Below the pieces are notes generated by a model. The model saw only the letters and a list, made by a program, of their open reading frames with translations, made no database searches and was not told the origin of the DNA. Shown in pieces: positions 10,500 through 23,935 of a stretch of 64,000 nucleotides of DNA. Within the stretch, counting starts at the first letter, position 1. The number at the start of each line of letters is the position of its first letter. Where the stretch lies: positions 62,001 through 126,000 of the forward strand of contig JALMLS010000342.1 of NCBI GenBank assembly GCA_038496445.1, read 5' to 3'. A program made the translations under genes and the position numbers. Origin of the DNA: Trichosphaerium sp. ATCC 40318 (Eukaryota > Protista > Tubulinea).

Positions 10500-13400
10500 A
10501 TGTCTATGGATACGTTGTTAAGTAAATTAAAAGCGGGCGACCACATAGGCATTCACAGGTATTGTTAGCAGTTATTTGTCAGTTTCGCGCTGACTGTATG
10601 CGTTTAGCACTCTACGTAGCCTATCTCTTACAAAAGTACGTTCAATTGTAGCGAGTGCATATTTATTGCGCCACAGGTATCGCCAAAGGAAGTTAGTACC
10701 CTCATTAGCGAGAGTTGTCGTGTTAGCATAACTTCACCCTCGCAATGGCTTCTTATTACTGCTCTGACAAAGGCAGAAGTAGCGCCATCTGGTACCAGCC
10801 ATCAAACGTGCTTTTCTTACAATTGTAGATGTTGTAAAGACACTCATCAGCGAAAGTCCTTCCGTGGTGTCTGGAGCGTACGTGTGTGCGAAATATCACG
10901 TCTAATATTGCTAGTGCGCAATTAGGACTGTTAACTGTTTTATTCAAAACTAATGGCATGACATGTGCTGGCTACTTACCCCAAGTACTTGTATTAATAG
11001 GCAAAGTGTTAAAATCAAGTTCAGACGTGCGTGTCACTAAAAATGACAATTTTTGGTGTATTAACTTTTTATCCAGGTATCTTTTAAAGCTGAGGCCCTT
11101 AGAACACTGGATGCAGTTTTAGATGGCACTAGGAGATCAGGTGAAGTAACATTCGCCATGACACCTTATATTAACACTTTAAGGCTCCTTTATTCACCCA
11201 GAAGCGTACAAATACCTTAAGCTTGGACTGGGAGTGCGTGCGACAGTACAAATGTTAGAATTTGAGTAACGGTTCTTGTTTTTAGGATAAATCTGCCCAC
11301 GTGAAGCGATCTGCCGTGTTGGTTATACCTACACTTGCCAAATGTACTGGGAATTTAGACATATTGGATTCACTTTTAGCTACATGTGCTAGAGTACGTG
11401 GCATGCCTATTTGTTGTTGTGGGTAAATAATTTTTAAAATAGGATGTAGCGCTCACTTGTAAAGCCTATGGCGTAGTTTTAGCCCAATTGATACAGAATG
11501 TGTCAAGGACAACAAAAAAGAAGCGTAATAAGGACAAGGGTATCAATAGCGTTGATTCAGCCTTGAAGTACATGAGCGCTTCCCTTTGGACTAAAGGTTA
11601 GCTGGTGTTAAAGATTGTAGTATAATTATATGTACTAGGATCAAAAATCCCGCGCGAAGCTGTAGTTGAGACATACATAAGCTTTCTAAATGCGCTTGAC
11701 TTGAAAACTTTGGAAAAAGAAACCACAAATATTCTAAACGTACTACTTTCTTTGGTTATGAACAGCAATGAGAAGGTGACTCCTTGATAATTATTAACTA
11801 TCTTTGTGTGTGTAACAACAATGTAGCTGTATTCTGGCGCAGAGGAGTACTTGAGAGCTACTGTAATGCTTGGCACTATTCTGAATAAGAGCGTGTCAGC
11901 GCGCATGTCAGAAAGCAAACTTCAAGCCTTGGCGTCAACTCTTATTCAAATTGTGAAAGCTGATAAAAAAGGAAACAATCCAATGGTTGTCATAGTCGCA
12001 TTGAATAAGTTGACGTGCGTATTTATTTTCATTAATAACACTTTCAAGTTTTGATTTTAAACAAGTGTCAAAATTTCTGCAGACATCTTACATTTTTTTT
12101 TCAGACACTTGTTACTTGGAATGGGTGAAGGTAGTTTTATGATAAGAGAACCACTAGTTTCGGCTGTTGCCCCATTAGTATCGCATAAAAATTTAGAAGT
12201 GCGGTTGAGAGCCAGCCTATGTTTAAAAGCCCTTGTTGAGGCTTTACCAAGGTAAAACTAGGTTGTTTTTTAATTCTAATTGTGCTTTAAGAGCTATGGC
12301 TCCTTTGCTAGAGCAGTGCTTGAGTTCTATTACAAAAACACTTACTGCAGGTGGCTCAAGGTACTTTGATTTTAGGGCCATAATCAGAAACTATACTGAC
12401 AAGAGACTAGCGTTGGTAGCGGTGACGTTGGCTTGAGTTATACAATTTCGGCATTGCTCAGTTCTGTACCTAAAAATATTGGATTGCCAGTGGAGTACGG
12501 TCAGATGGCCTTTGACGTAGCTAAGAAGTTAACAAGCTTGAAGAACAGTACATTTTGTAATTCCTTTACTATTTTACTAAGTGGGATCAGTTGCTGGTGT
12601 ATCTGCGGGTTGGTCCATAATAAGTTCTTTATGCTCTGTTGGTACTACAACTATACAAGCGTATGTTGGAGAATTATTGGATCTATGGAAAGTGCATCTT
12701 GGTGTTCTCAAAGTGCGTTCTTTTATTCACTCATTTTTTTACGTTTTGATTATCTTTCAAGTCTGAGCCTTCAAACGATGGTGAGCGAAAAGGTTTCTGT
12801 AGAAGCCGAACAGTAGCTGCAGAAGCTCTTAGGAGTTTGTTGCGATACTCTAAAAATGTAAGAACCTTCAAAGCAAGTATTTGCTGCTCATTATACGCTC
12901 TTAGGCATTGTCTGTGGCACAATCAGAGTATGTTATGACCATGATGACAGGTTTATTGAAATTTGTAATGTCTTGGAAGTCGACACCATCAACAACAAAA
13001 TCAGGAGAGGCTGTGTACAAGTATGGTATTGGAAAGCTTTTTTTATCGCTTACAGTATTGTTAGATTGTATACTAGTATTCTAGAGACATTTTATAGAAT
13101 TAAACTAACGCCTACATATCCGTATACATTGCTTTTACGCCTAGCAATGCGCGGTATAACTTCATGTATGTAATCTATGACGAGTTTTTGCAAAATGAAA
13201 CTTATTGAGTTTTTTTTCTAGCAAAACTTACTTCATTGGCTTCGTACAGACTAAACCCACAGGATGATGCTCTCACAGAAAAAATTGAGAATGGAACACC
13301 GTCTCTTCTGTCTGATGAACCAGAAATTATTTGGAACTACAGCGCGAAAGAAATATTGCAGCGGAGCGTACGGAGTGTCAAAGTGAGATTGAACTAACAC

Positions 13401-16400
13401 AAGAAAAGATTATCGCACCTGCTCGTCGTTTTGTTGATGCTTCTATAAAGATGTTTCCATTGGTGTTTGCAGCTCAACAAGAAGCTGTTCGTGTGCAAGC
13501 CATTAACCAGTTGATAGCCAATATAAACTCGGTAAGTGTACAGTCATTTAAATTATATTATCAGTTGCTTACTTTACTTTTTGCTAGACATCATCGAGCC
13601 TTTCAATGAGTTTCCCTGGGCGATCAGGAAATGCAAATAAGAAGGAAATAATGATGTCCAATCTATTATGTCTAATGGTCACAATCACACAGTCATTCGC
13701 TAAACAAAATGTGCGCCTCCATAGCGAAGCCGAAACAGTGCAAAAGTTCGTTGAGAGTCTCGTTGGAAACCCAAACGAAGTTGTTCGCCGGTCAGTTGGT
13801 CAAATACTTGGTACTCTAGCTAGGGTTCAAGGTATGTGGTAATTACCAGTAGTATCTGTAATAACAAGGTTAGGTGATGTATTCGCCCGTGCTCTGGTCC
13901 AAAGGTTGCTTGCTGCTCTGGGTGCTACTAAAGATGCCACTGCTTCTTCCGGTTTAGCTTTCGCTTTGGGTGCTACAATACGGTATGCATGCAACAATAG
14001 CATGTATTGTTTTTTTAACTTGTTTCTTAGTGCAATGGGAGGTATTCGCTCGACTAAATTCATTGCTGCTTCTGTCAGTGTTCTATGCAGACTAGCCAAG
14101 AACTCGTTAACCATTCCAGCTGTACTTGAATTTTTCCGTTTGTGAAACTCACTGCTCTAGGCACATGCTTGGTATTTGCACTCGTTGTGGCTTTCCTGTC
14201 AGGTCGGTGGTAATGCTCTTGCTCCTCTTAGATCATCTACAATGAATCTTGTATATGAGTTATTACTGTCAGAGGTCTGTAACAAGCACGTTACTGGCCA
14301 ATGCTTATGTTGTACTAGCCGGATAGTCAAAAAATTGGGGAAATAACACAAGCACTTGGAAGAATAACAAATGCGATTGTTGGCGACTTGGGGCCAGAAC
14401 TACAGCCTGGCAGTAAATTACTTTCTACTTGTAGAGCAATAAGTACAGAGTTGGAGCGTTCTCATGACTGGAAAGTACATGTTGAGTCAATGGAGTTACT
14501 ACAAAAACAGATATATTTTGCACAACAAATAGTTGATCCTGATCTGTTCCTAAAAGCAGTCTCACGTCATTTGGATTCTCCAGATCTCTTACTACGGTAA
14601 TAAGCTTATATCTAATACCCTTGATACTCATTTTTACAAAGACGAGCTTGTATTACAACGTTAAGGTTGTTAGTACAGAAACATGCTGCTAAGTTCCCTA
14701 CCATAGACCTTGATGAAAAGTTGTTTATGACTCTTGATCGAGAAAGTGATACAAAACTTTTAGACGAGATCCAAAAGTTACTAGTAGAGTTACTTGAACA
14801 ACTTGCACCAACAAACATTACTCGATGGTTGGACCTTTCAGCAAGGTTTATTATGGAGATTCAACAAGTACTGTCTACCTTTTTGCTATTGCATGTACTT
14901 ATCATACAATCTTCAACTAGAAAAAGGAGACGAATGAAAAAAAAGAGGATGGATTTGAGGAAGGTGCAAGCTTTACCAATAAAGATGCAGAATCTTGGAC
15001 CCCAAGGTACCTAATCTATGCCCCTAAAGTGCTCTAACGCGATACTCTCGTAGCTGGCGGTCAAAAGTGTTTGCGATGGAGTGTGTACGTAGAATTATGG
15101 AAAGCGTAGGTACTGATACACGTCACGTTGATATGGTACGAAAGAATTATCATTGTACTTGATTTTGTTGATTTTATCACAAGGCTCTCGCTCTTGAAGA
15201 TAAAAAGAAGAGAGAAAACACAATAGATTTTGAGAAGAAAGAAGTCACGTGGTTAGTTATGCACTTGGATAGAATAATAGAAATGACTTCAAAGGTAAGC
15301 GTAACAACTCCAAAAGCAACTGCCGCAGCTGGTATTCATACGAACTTTAGGCTGCTGCATCACGTATAGACTCGTTTAGAATAGAAGCTATTTCAGTGAT
15401 AAAACAAGTTATCGAGCAGTTTGGTGACACCAAAGACCCACTTATGGATGATGGATACCTACTACAACTCTACCAACCAAATATTGGTCCTAGTCTGAGG
15501 TACAGTAACGAGGACACAAAAGACACTAACTACTCTGAAGAAACTGTTTCAGAGAGGGCGAAACGCCAGTACTAGCGCAGAGATGTTGCCCTGTACTTGC
15601 AAAATTTCTTATATGGCACTTGGGGCACGCTGAAGATGGCTCCAATACAAACTTTTTAACAAAACATGTGGCTCTATTGACGAATAGGTGAGTACAAAAT
15701 AACTTATTTAGTCTAACACTTTGTTAAGCCTGGAATCTTTTGGACAGTCTTCAGGCTCACGTGTTGGACAAAATACAAAAACATTCCTTCATTTAGCCGT
15801 CCTTACAGCACTAGCTGAACTATACACATCTTATCCAGACAAGATACACATTGAGAAGTATCCACTTATTTTATACATAGTTTTTTTTGATTTTTACTAT
15901 TCCTTTACAAATAAGACACATCATAAAACTTGCAGCTGATTGGGTGGGTATGTTAAGAGATTACGCTGTATTGAGAACACAAGCAGATAGTGCAAAGTAT
16001 ATTTACTCACCACATTTCCCTCTGCAAAACACACTAGAGAATGTTCGAAAGTACTTTTCTGGTATGTACAAAAATCTTACAAGAATAACAAAATATTTGT
16101 ACTAACACAACTAAGGTTGGTCTATTGTACTGGAAGCAGTGGCTAGTATGCATGGTTTGAAAGTGTGGAGAGAACAGCGTGATGCAGAATCTACTAATGA
16201 CATACACGTTGTATTGGGTCTGTGCCTTCATGCCTTTTCCCCTAATCTTGATACTAAACATGTCATTCGCGCATTACGTGCTTGCAAGTCAATAATTTCA
16301 CGAGAAACAGCTATAGCCGATATTACAGACGTAAGTTCTCTTGATCCAAATAACCAATTCTTAACTGTGTTCACAAGGATGAGTTTTATGAATTGCTTTA

Positions 16401-17801
16401 CGCACTGTACATTTTACTTGGTGCTAATAGCAAAAAGAAGTGCACTACAGAGTTACGAGAACCTATTTTCTCCTTGGCAAAGTGTGTTGTAGATATGCTT
16501 AGTGTTACAGCAAGCGATTATTTCGAAAAGTACGAGACCTCGTTTTATTTACATCTAATTCTTTGTAGACCTGCTGGTGCAAAATTAAAGGCTTTACTTG
16601 TTGATATAGCGTTAGAAGGCTTGTCAGGAGAAAAAACAGCGTCTGTTTTAGGTCTAGTTGAGACTCTAGTAACCAAGGATATTTCAGAGGTAATCAAAAC
16701 GTGCATGCATTGTATAGTAACCTCGTTTCACTTAGGATGTTGTCGCTCAAATAGTAGTAACCCTTCTCGAGAATCCAACTCAGAAAGTTATAATATTAAT
16801 ACAAAAACTTCTGCTACAACAGTCATCCAACTTTGTAAATGAAACGATAGCAACTGTTGTAGAAAAGATAGAAAAGTACAAAGTACCATCAATCTGTTCC
16901 AACAATACTAAGCATAAACGTAGGAGCGATTCTCCGAACCCTAACCATCTCTTGGCGCTCTATGGATGTGTAGCGACTATAAAGCCAATAAAAGAACCAA
17001 ATCCTGCGTTGGACATTGCCATCAAGACTGTACAGGAAGCGCTACAAGGAGAAGAAGAGGTTCTAACTTTTTTTTTTTCGGATCTTTTTTTGTTAACAGA
17101 AATGTAGTTGCGATTGATTGCATTGCGGGGAGCCAGAACGCTTATCCAAGCTGCTGTGGGGAAACCAGGTGCAGATATACATACAATATCAAAATATTTG
17201 TTATGTCAATTGTCTACAAGTGTTGTGGTACGTTTCAAGTATAAAACTGACCGCGTAACTGGCTATTTAGCTCGTTCTCCGAAAATACAACGATAAATCC
17301 AAGTACAGCGTTACCGAGCAGACAACTTTTTCGGAGTGTCTCAATTTTCTAGTTTTATTGCTCGCTTACACAGACAAAGAACGGCGTACGTTGAAAAAAA
17401 AAAAAACCAAAAAAATCATGTCACGTGATTTTTCAATATAGTAAAATCTCACTATGTTTTTTAGAAGGTGCTGTTTTAGCGTTTACACTCCCTGCATTAC
17501 TCGGGGTTTTGTCACCCAATAATGTAACAAACATACATACAGCTACACTCCAAATATTGATGAAATATGCTCAAAGTGTGCCCGAGTTCGCAACAGTTGT
17601 TGGAGGACTACCAGAGGTACGTGTAGATGTGCAGTAACATATTCAAATTGATTCTTTGTACCCCAGCCAATGCAAGTGTGTCTACGCGACTCCCTAACAA
17701 AACTACACCAACAAGGTCAACAGAAACAACCAAAAAAACAAGTCACACGGGCTGCTGTGTCTAAACCAAAAGCGCTCGACTTCTCAAAGTATCAAAGTTA
17801 A
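10500..17801 (+). CDS. HEATR5: HEAT repeat-containing protein 5 (HEATR5/Laa1/SWEETIE, AP-1 accessory factor); dozens of introns, exon structure only partly resolved
   Basis: RRFVDASIKMFPLVF, LGRITNAIVGDLGPELQ, WRSKVFAMECVRRI, LVMHLDRIIEMTSKAA and FGDTKDPLMDDGYLLQLYQPNIGPSLR are HEATR5-type motifs; length fits a ~1900-aa helical-repeat protein. Confidence 0.85.
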
Positions 17802-18093
17802 TGGGATGATGCGTTTTAGCGTCATAATGGCGCCTTATCGAAGTAATGTAGTTTTGCTGTTGTCCATAGTTAAAAAGGTGAAAACTGCCCCAAAAAAAGT
17901 TGTGCTTGTAAAAATACAATAAACCAACAGTATTATGTCTCGTAACAATCGATTACATGGCAGTACTTGGAGTTCACATGCCTACCTTACGAATTGCCCT
18001 GACTGTGTTTGTGAAACATTTTTTTTCTTGCGTTCTGCATGCAAGCGTGAACGAAAAGATCCGAATTACGGAAGAAGCAATTAACAGCACCTT

Positions 18094-19414
18094 ATGAGTA
18101 TTCTTACATTGAAATGCGCAATATGTGGTAAATCTGGTCTACTCCTGGATGACCTGGAGTCTCATATGTGCCCAGGACGAACGGTACGTGCGTCTTTGTA
18201 CTCCTAAGACAATACTGGAGTTTGTAGTAAAATAGAGAATTATACTCACGTGCAGCGTTTTAGAGCCACGGCCATTCTCCACCATCAAAGCGACGTACAC
18301 TAACAACTAGCGCCAAATCTCAACGGGATAGAGTGTCTAGAAAAAGAAACAAGCGCTATTCCTACGACCAGCGAAGTTCGTCTGTTAACCACAAACCACG
18401 TTCTCATCGCCAACAAAAGTCAGTTGATTCAGTACATAAGAAAAAACACAAATACAGCGGTGCTAGGCCTAGAGAGCGTTCTGAGACAGTGCATGCGCGT
18501 ATTTACTCAAACGACGATCTACATTACAAAAAGAGATTGCGTACTGCGAACATTGAAGTACTTGAGTCTAACACTATTGACATTGATGAATTAAAACGGT
18601 ATGATAGCTACTAAATACAGAAAATAGAAACAAAAAAAAAGTTTTAAAACTAAAACTGAGATAGACTCAGACGTGAAGAAGAGTTGAAATTTGAAAAACT
18701 TATGGAAGAAGATATAAGAGAAAGGAATAACGTAAGAGTAAATAACAACTTATGGTTTTTTTTTTCAACTCAAGGACGAAACTATTTTCGAAAATAAAAA
18801 ACCGATTTTTGACGTTTCTTTTTTAGAGAGTCATAGCTAAGACTCGCACAAAATCTGTTCCTAAGCAATCTACACAACCTGTATTTAAACAAAGAGAAGC
18901 AGCAAAGAAGAATGTTTGGAAGTCTGTAAAGCATAAAGTTAAAGGAGGTTCGAAGGTACGTCGTTTTTTCTGAACTTGTTTATTTTTTGGTTTTACCAAT
19001 GTTCGTATTGTATTTGCGTACTTTCTTGTCATTTGGCGAAATTTCTAATCGTATTGTTTAGAAAAAATCTTCTAAGAGTAAATAATCTGTATAATAAAAC
19101 GTTTTGTATTTGTAATCAAGAAGCACTAATTAATCAATATTGGGAAAAAAGACAAATGGAAGAAACGTTCAAGTTTGTGAAACACGTGATTAATCTGCTG
19201 ACACATTAGATTTAAATCCAAACTTGTCTGGTTTCATTAATACTTTCACTTCAGTTCTTACAACAACAATCACGTGTTACCGATCAAAGCTCAGGGATCT
19301 TTCGAATATACTCCAACTAAGACTTTTCGTGACTTTTGTACCAATGCTGTTTTGCAAGGTTATAATTTGTTAAAACGTGGAGTGTGTTACGACCCCGAAT
19401 ACGGAGGCTATTAA
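18094..19414 (+). CDS. Hypothetical basic protein with N-terminal C2HC zinc-finger-like motif
   Basis: First exon MSILTLKCAICGKSGLLLDDLESHMCPG, followed by K/R/S-rich exons. The last exon reads FRDFCTNAVLQGYNLLKRGVCYDPEYGGY*. The 3' exon joins are uncertain. Confidence 0.55.
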
Positions 19415-19635
19415 TCGACCCTCCAATGGCCAAGGATATCTCTCAGAAAGAATTGTAAGATAATACGTATTTTAATTACGCTAAACATGCATCAGTCAGC
19501 AAACTGTGACCAAAATGCGCAGTTTGCGGTCAAGAGTGACAAATAACTGTATTGATATTAATGAAGCGGTTGGCACGCATATAACTATCATGGATCGTGT
19601 GCAGGGCCTAACGAAAACACATTCAAAGCTTCGTA

Positions 19636-21083
19636 ATGGCCTTTTTAACTGCCTCGTCTCACTTGCCGGTAATTTTCCTTAAGAGCGTTATAGACGCGTA
19701 TTTAACGCGCATAGAATCCTATAGAACCAACAAATGGGCGGATGACACTTATGATAAATTACTTGCTGCAGCTGAGACCAAAACGTTTTGGGGTACGTTC
19801 AACCGCCAACACTATTCATGGATAATCGCACCAGTCCCTAAAATTGTTGTAGGTCCCAAACAAAGAGAGAAACTTTTAGCTTTTAAAACACGTAATTTTG
19901 ACATTCTAACGATAGTTGTACGTTGGTGTTTTGTCAAGAAATGTTCCTTACTGTCAACTCTTAGAACTCAAAAGATCCAAACAGAAAAATATCTAAGCAA
20001 ATACCAAGACGTCTTAGAGTTGCTGAACGTGTGTTGCAAGGCCGTACTTCACGTTTCTTGATTGTTATGGAAAAAACTTACGATGATCTCAACGCACAAG
20101 CAGTACTTCGTACAGCAGAAGCACTTGGCATTCAGCATGTATGGACAGTAGTAAGTGAATTACATGATTGTATACAAGGGAGTATTAACACTAATTAAGA
20201 AAAATCCAGAAGTAAAACACAGAGGAATTGCACACAAAATAACTAGAGTAAGGTTGTTTAAATCACGTTTTTTCAAACATTTGAGATAGGGCAATGATAC
20301 ATTTCTTTCAGTGAGATCTTTTACTACGAGTGAAGAATGCTTAAAGGAGCTTAAAGATCAAGGTACCGCTGTTTTTTTAATAAAGTAATCAGACTGAAGT
20401 ATAATCGTACTAATAGCTCTTAGGTTGGACAATATGGCACGTGTTCCTATTCACAGATATCCTATTCCAAGAACCAATTTTTGTTTTTGCACATATGTGT
20501 AATTGTTTTTTAGGGCAACTGATTTGTCTCAGGAATCTGTTCGTTTAGATTCACCGGATATAGTAATCCCAGAGAAGCTTGCCATTGTATTTGGTACCGA
20601 AGTACGCACCTAACAACATTTTACTTGTTGCTTGGACGAAGTGAGTTATTGCTCACCTTAAAATAGGCCACTGGTGTCTCTGAGATGATGTTAAATGCTG
20701 CCGATAAGCGCGTTTACTTACCTCTTTACGGATTTAGCGAATCTCTTAATCTTAGCGTTGCTGCAGCGCTTGTACTTCAAAAACTATTTCAATTATGCCC
20801 TGAGGCAAGAGGCAATCTAACAGATGCAGAAAAACAAGAAATAAGGAGTGGTTGGTATGAAAAACTTTCTAAACCTGCGAACCTTGAATTCTACAAAACT
20901 TTTATTGATAACCCTCCTGCTCCTGCGGAGGAATTAAGACGTGGTCCAGATGAACAACATAAAATATGGATACCACGCAAAAAGAGACGAGCAGCTTATC
21001 ATGCACAACAAGAACAAACAAAAAAAATGCGCCTTGAAAAAGAAAAACAACAACCTCCTGGTGAAGACAGAATGGAGGAATAG
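19636..21083 (+). CDS. trmH: SpoU/TrmH-family RNA 2'-O-methyltransferase
   Basis: LIVMEKTYDDLNAQAVLRTAEALG (motif 1), LAIVFGTEATGVS (motif 2), LPLYGFSESLNLSVAAAL (motif 3). Confidence 0.85.
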
Positions 21084-21291
21084 GTTACAAAAGATGCAAA
21101 ATAAAAAATGAACAAAGCAACCTATTTTGTTATTACGCGTAAGCGATTCCTTTTTATTTTAATGTATTGTGAGCGTCTTTAAGACGGTGATTAATTTGTA
21201 ATTCCGTTTTACGCCTGTTGACATTTAAATAATTATTAAAGCAAGTTAAAAGCGCATAACAAGCATCGTGACGCGTAATTATAACCATGGG

Positions 21292-23702
21292 ATGGCGATT
21301 CGCGTTGGCGAGATAGTTTTGTTGCTAGTTTTTATTGTAAATGCCTCAGCAATAGATACAAATGTCTCAGAAACAAGAAATAGCATTGCTCAATTACTAG
21401 CAAGAGTGCCTAATAATCGGGGACCCGTACTTTCTTTGCCAACGTGGAAGCCATCTAAAAACTACGCACCTGCTTGCGCTAGTAGTGATTGCAGTACTTG
21501 GATACAAACTATACCACTTCTGGAGCTGCAAATACCTCCAATGACAATAGTGATACCTGACGAAGGTAAAACCGCACCAAACTATTTATTACGTGTACTT
21601 AACGCGCACAGGTGTATGTGTAGTGGCTCATAATCGAACGGAACAATGCGTAATTCAAGAAATTGAATCAATTACCGTAGAAACGACAGTATCCACTGGT
21701 ACGCCATCATTACTATTTTCTCCATAAAAAACAAACGTCACATCCAACTTACGCTTGTAGACATCATATCCTTGGCAGAATACACCGATAAAGTAATGTC
21801 ATCTGTTGCAGCAAAGAGACTAAGTGAAGAAACGATCAAATACGTGAAACCCGTTCGAGATCCTGAAACTAGCATCAACTACGCGTCAACAGATTGTGGT
21901 GCAAAAATAATAAGCGCTAATCCAGAAGCAAAGGTACACTACAACTTTTTCTTTTTGCCACGTCATAACACGCGATACAATCCTCTGACGCTGCTTGGAG
22001 GATGTCCACCATGTATTACACGTGTCAAGGGATAAATATATGCTTAACGAATGTGTGGCATCCAAATGGCTTGTCATTGAGCTTTGCGAAGAGGTCCAAG
22101 TTGATTCTATACAAATAGCAAACTATGAGCTATTCTCGTCTATGGTTAAAGACTTTGTACTTCTCGCTAGCCGTGAGTATCCACCAAAGAAGTGGATACT
22201 TCTGGGTAATTTTACAGCGTCAAATATAAGACAGAAACAATCCTTTGATGTCGAGCAAGAAGATGGTAATCTTTTTTTTGTAACTAAATTGAGTTGACAT
22301 GATTTTTAGCGCCGTTTGTCAAGTATGTAAGAGTTGGACTATTAACTCACCATGGTAATGAGCTATATTGCCCTTTATCTAAAATAGTCGTTTTGGGCAC
22401 TACTGTCGTAGAGCACTTATCATTACGTACGAGAAAAATAGTTGTCTTGGACATTTTTTGTTTATTTTGTATAAAGAGGTTCAAAGAGATGAAGCTGAAG
22501 TCAAGATTGTTGAAGAACAACTCTTGGCACAGAATGGAAACGGTGACGCTCGTGATGTTACTGAAAAATCTAAGAGCACAGAAAATACAATAGAGCCATT
22601 GACTCCAAGACATTCTGGGACTATTGAACCAGTACGTACATCTTTAATGAAACACCTAACATTTTTTTGTAAGACAGAAATGCCAAAAATCGAGCAACCT
22701 CTTGAAGGTTTGTTAGATAAACTTACAAACATGCTTCGAGGCACAGCTGTTATTGATACAGAGCAACGTCAAGATAATGGAGATAGTTCATCAGGAGACG
22801 TTGTCGGTGCATCTGCTTCAAGCAAAGCTATAAACGAGCAACAAATCAAAATAGATCCAACGCCAGTTGTTACTCAGTACGTCCCCATACTATCCTTTTT
22901 TCACTTTGAACGCCTTGAATCTTATTTTCTATCAGTCAGGAGGAAGCACAAGGCGCACACAAGGATCGAACAATTTTTCAGACAATAACTGCTAAAATTA
23001 AGAAATTGGAGATAAATCAGTCATTGTCTTATCAGTACCTCAAGGATCTACGCGAAGGTCTTAATAATAAGCTTAATGAGATCAAAGGGAACCTAGGGAA
23101 TTTAACTAACAGGTTGAATAAGCTCGAAAGGCAATTCACCTTGGTGACAACATCCCACAACAAAACTGTAAGCACAAGAAACAAGCGACAAATGTTATGT
23201 TTTACAGAACCCTTACTGGTTTTTGTAGATTCGTAAACTCAAGGAAGAGAGCAAAAAAGAGCTTGAAAATCATGCACAGCAAATTCTAAAAGAATCACTT
23301 GCGGCAATGGCACGACAACATCAAGTACATACCACGTTTTTATTGTGGTTTATGGTACGTCATTGAAGCTTTTAAAAAAAAAAGTCAACTTCGTGTCAAA
23401 ATGTCTTTAACTTGCTTGTGCTGATGAAACAAACGTAGGGATCTATTTGCTTAGCTATCTTTGTTTTGATGGGTATCATTACAATGTATTTCTATAAACA
23501 GAACGTGAAGCTACAACTCATGTTGCGTACACCAACCTCATTACAAAGACAAAAGTCAAAATCAAAATCAGTAATAGGAGAACGCTTCGTGAAACGATCA
23601 CTTAGTAGTAATTCAATGCCTAAAGGTAGGTTGACATTGTCAAAGACAAACCAACACAGAAGGCAATTAGCACGAACACAACCACGCAAAGTTGTAAAAT
23701 AA
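21292..23702 (+). CDS. Mid-SUN domain ER/nuclear-envelope membrane protein (SUCO/Slp1 type)
   Basis: Signal peptide, NYASTDCGAKIISANPEAK, DKYMLNEC, IELCEEVQVDSIQIANYELFSS, HHGNELYCPLS, LEINQSLSYQYL, a coiled coil and a C-terminal TM segment. Confidence 0.88.
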
Positions 23703-23935
23703 ACATAAAGAACGGGTTGCAAATCCGTTCAAATAAAATTTGTAATTTTTGAAACATGGCTACAGTTTTTGTTATTTGTTGTAGAGGCACGTGCCAAATG
23801 GAACTGTGGCTTTGGCCTTATGGTGAGAAGAGAGTTGTGTTACGTTGGCACGGGGTAAAAAAAAGCTGAGCGAAAAGTCAGTCATTTTCTTATATTTAGT
23901 GGTTCTGCTCTTTGCGATTGCTTGTTAACGTCGAA

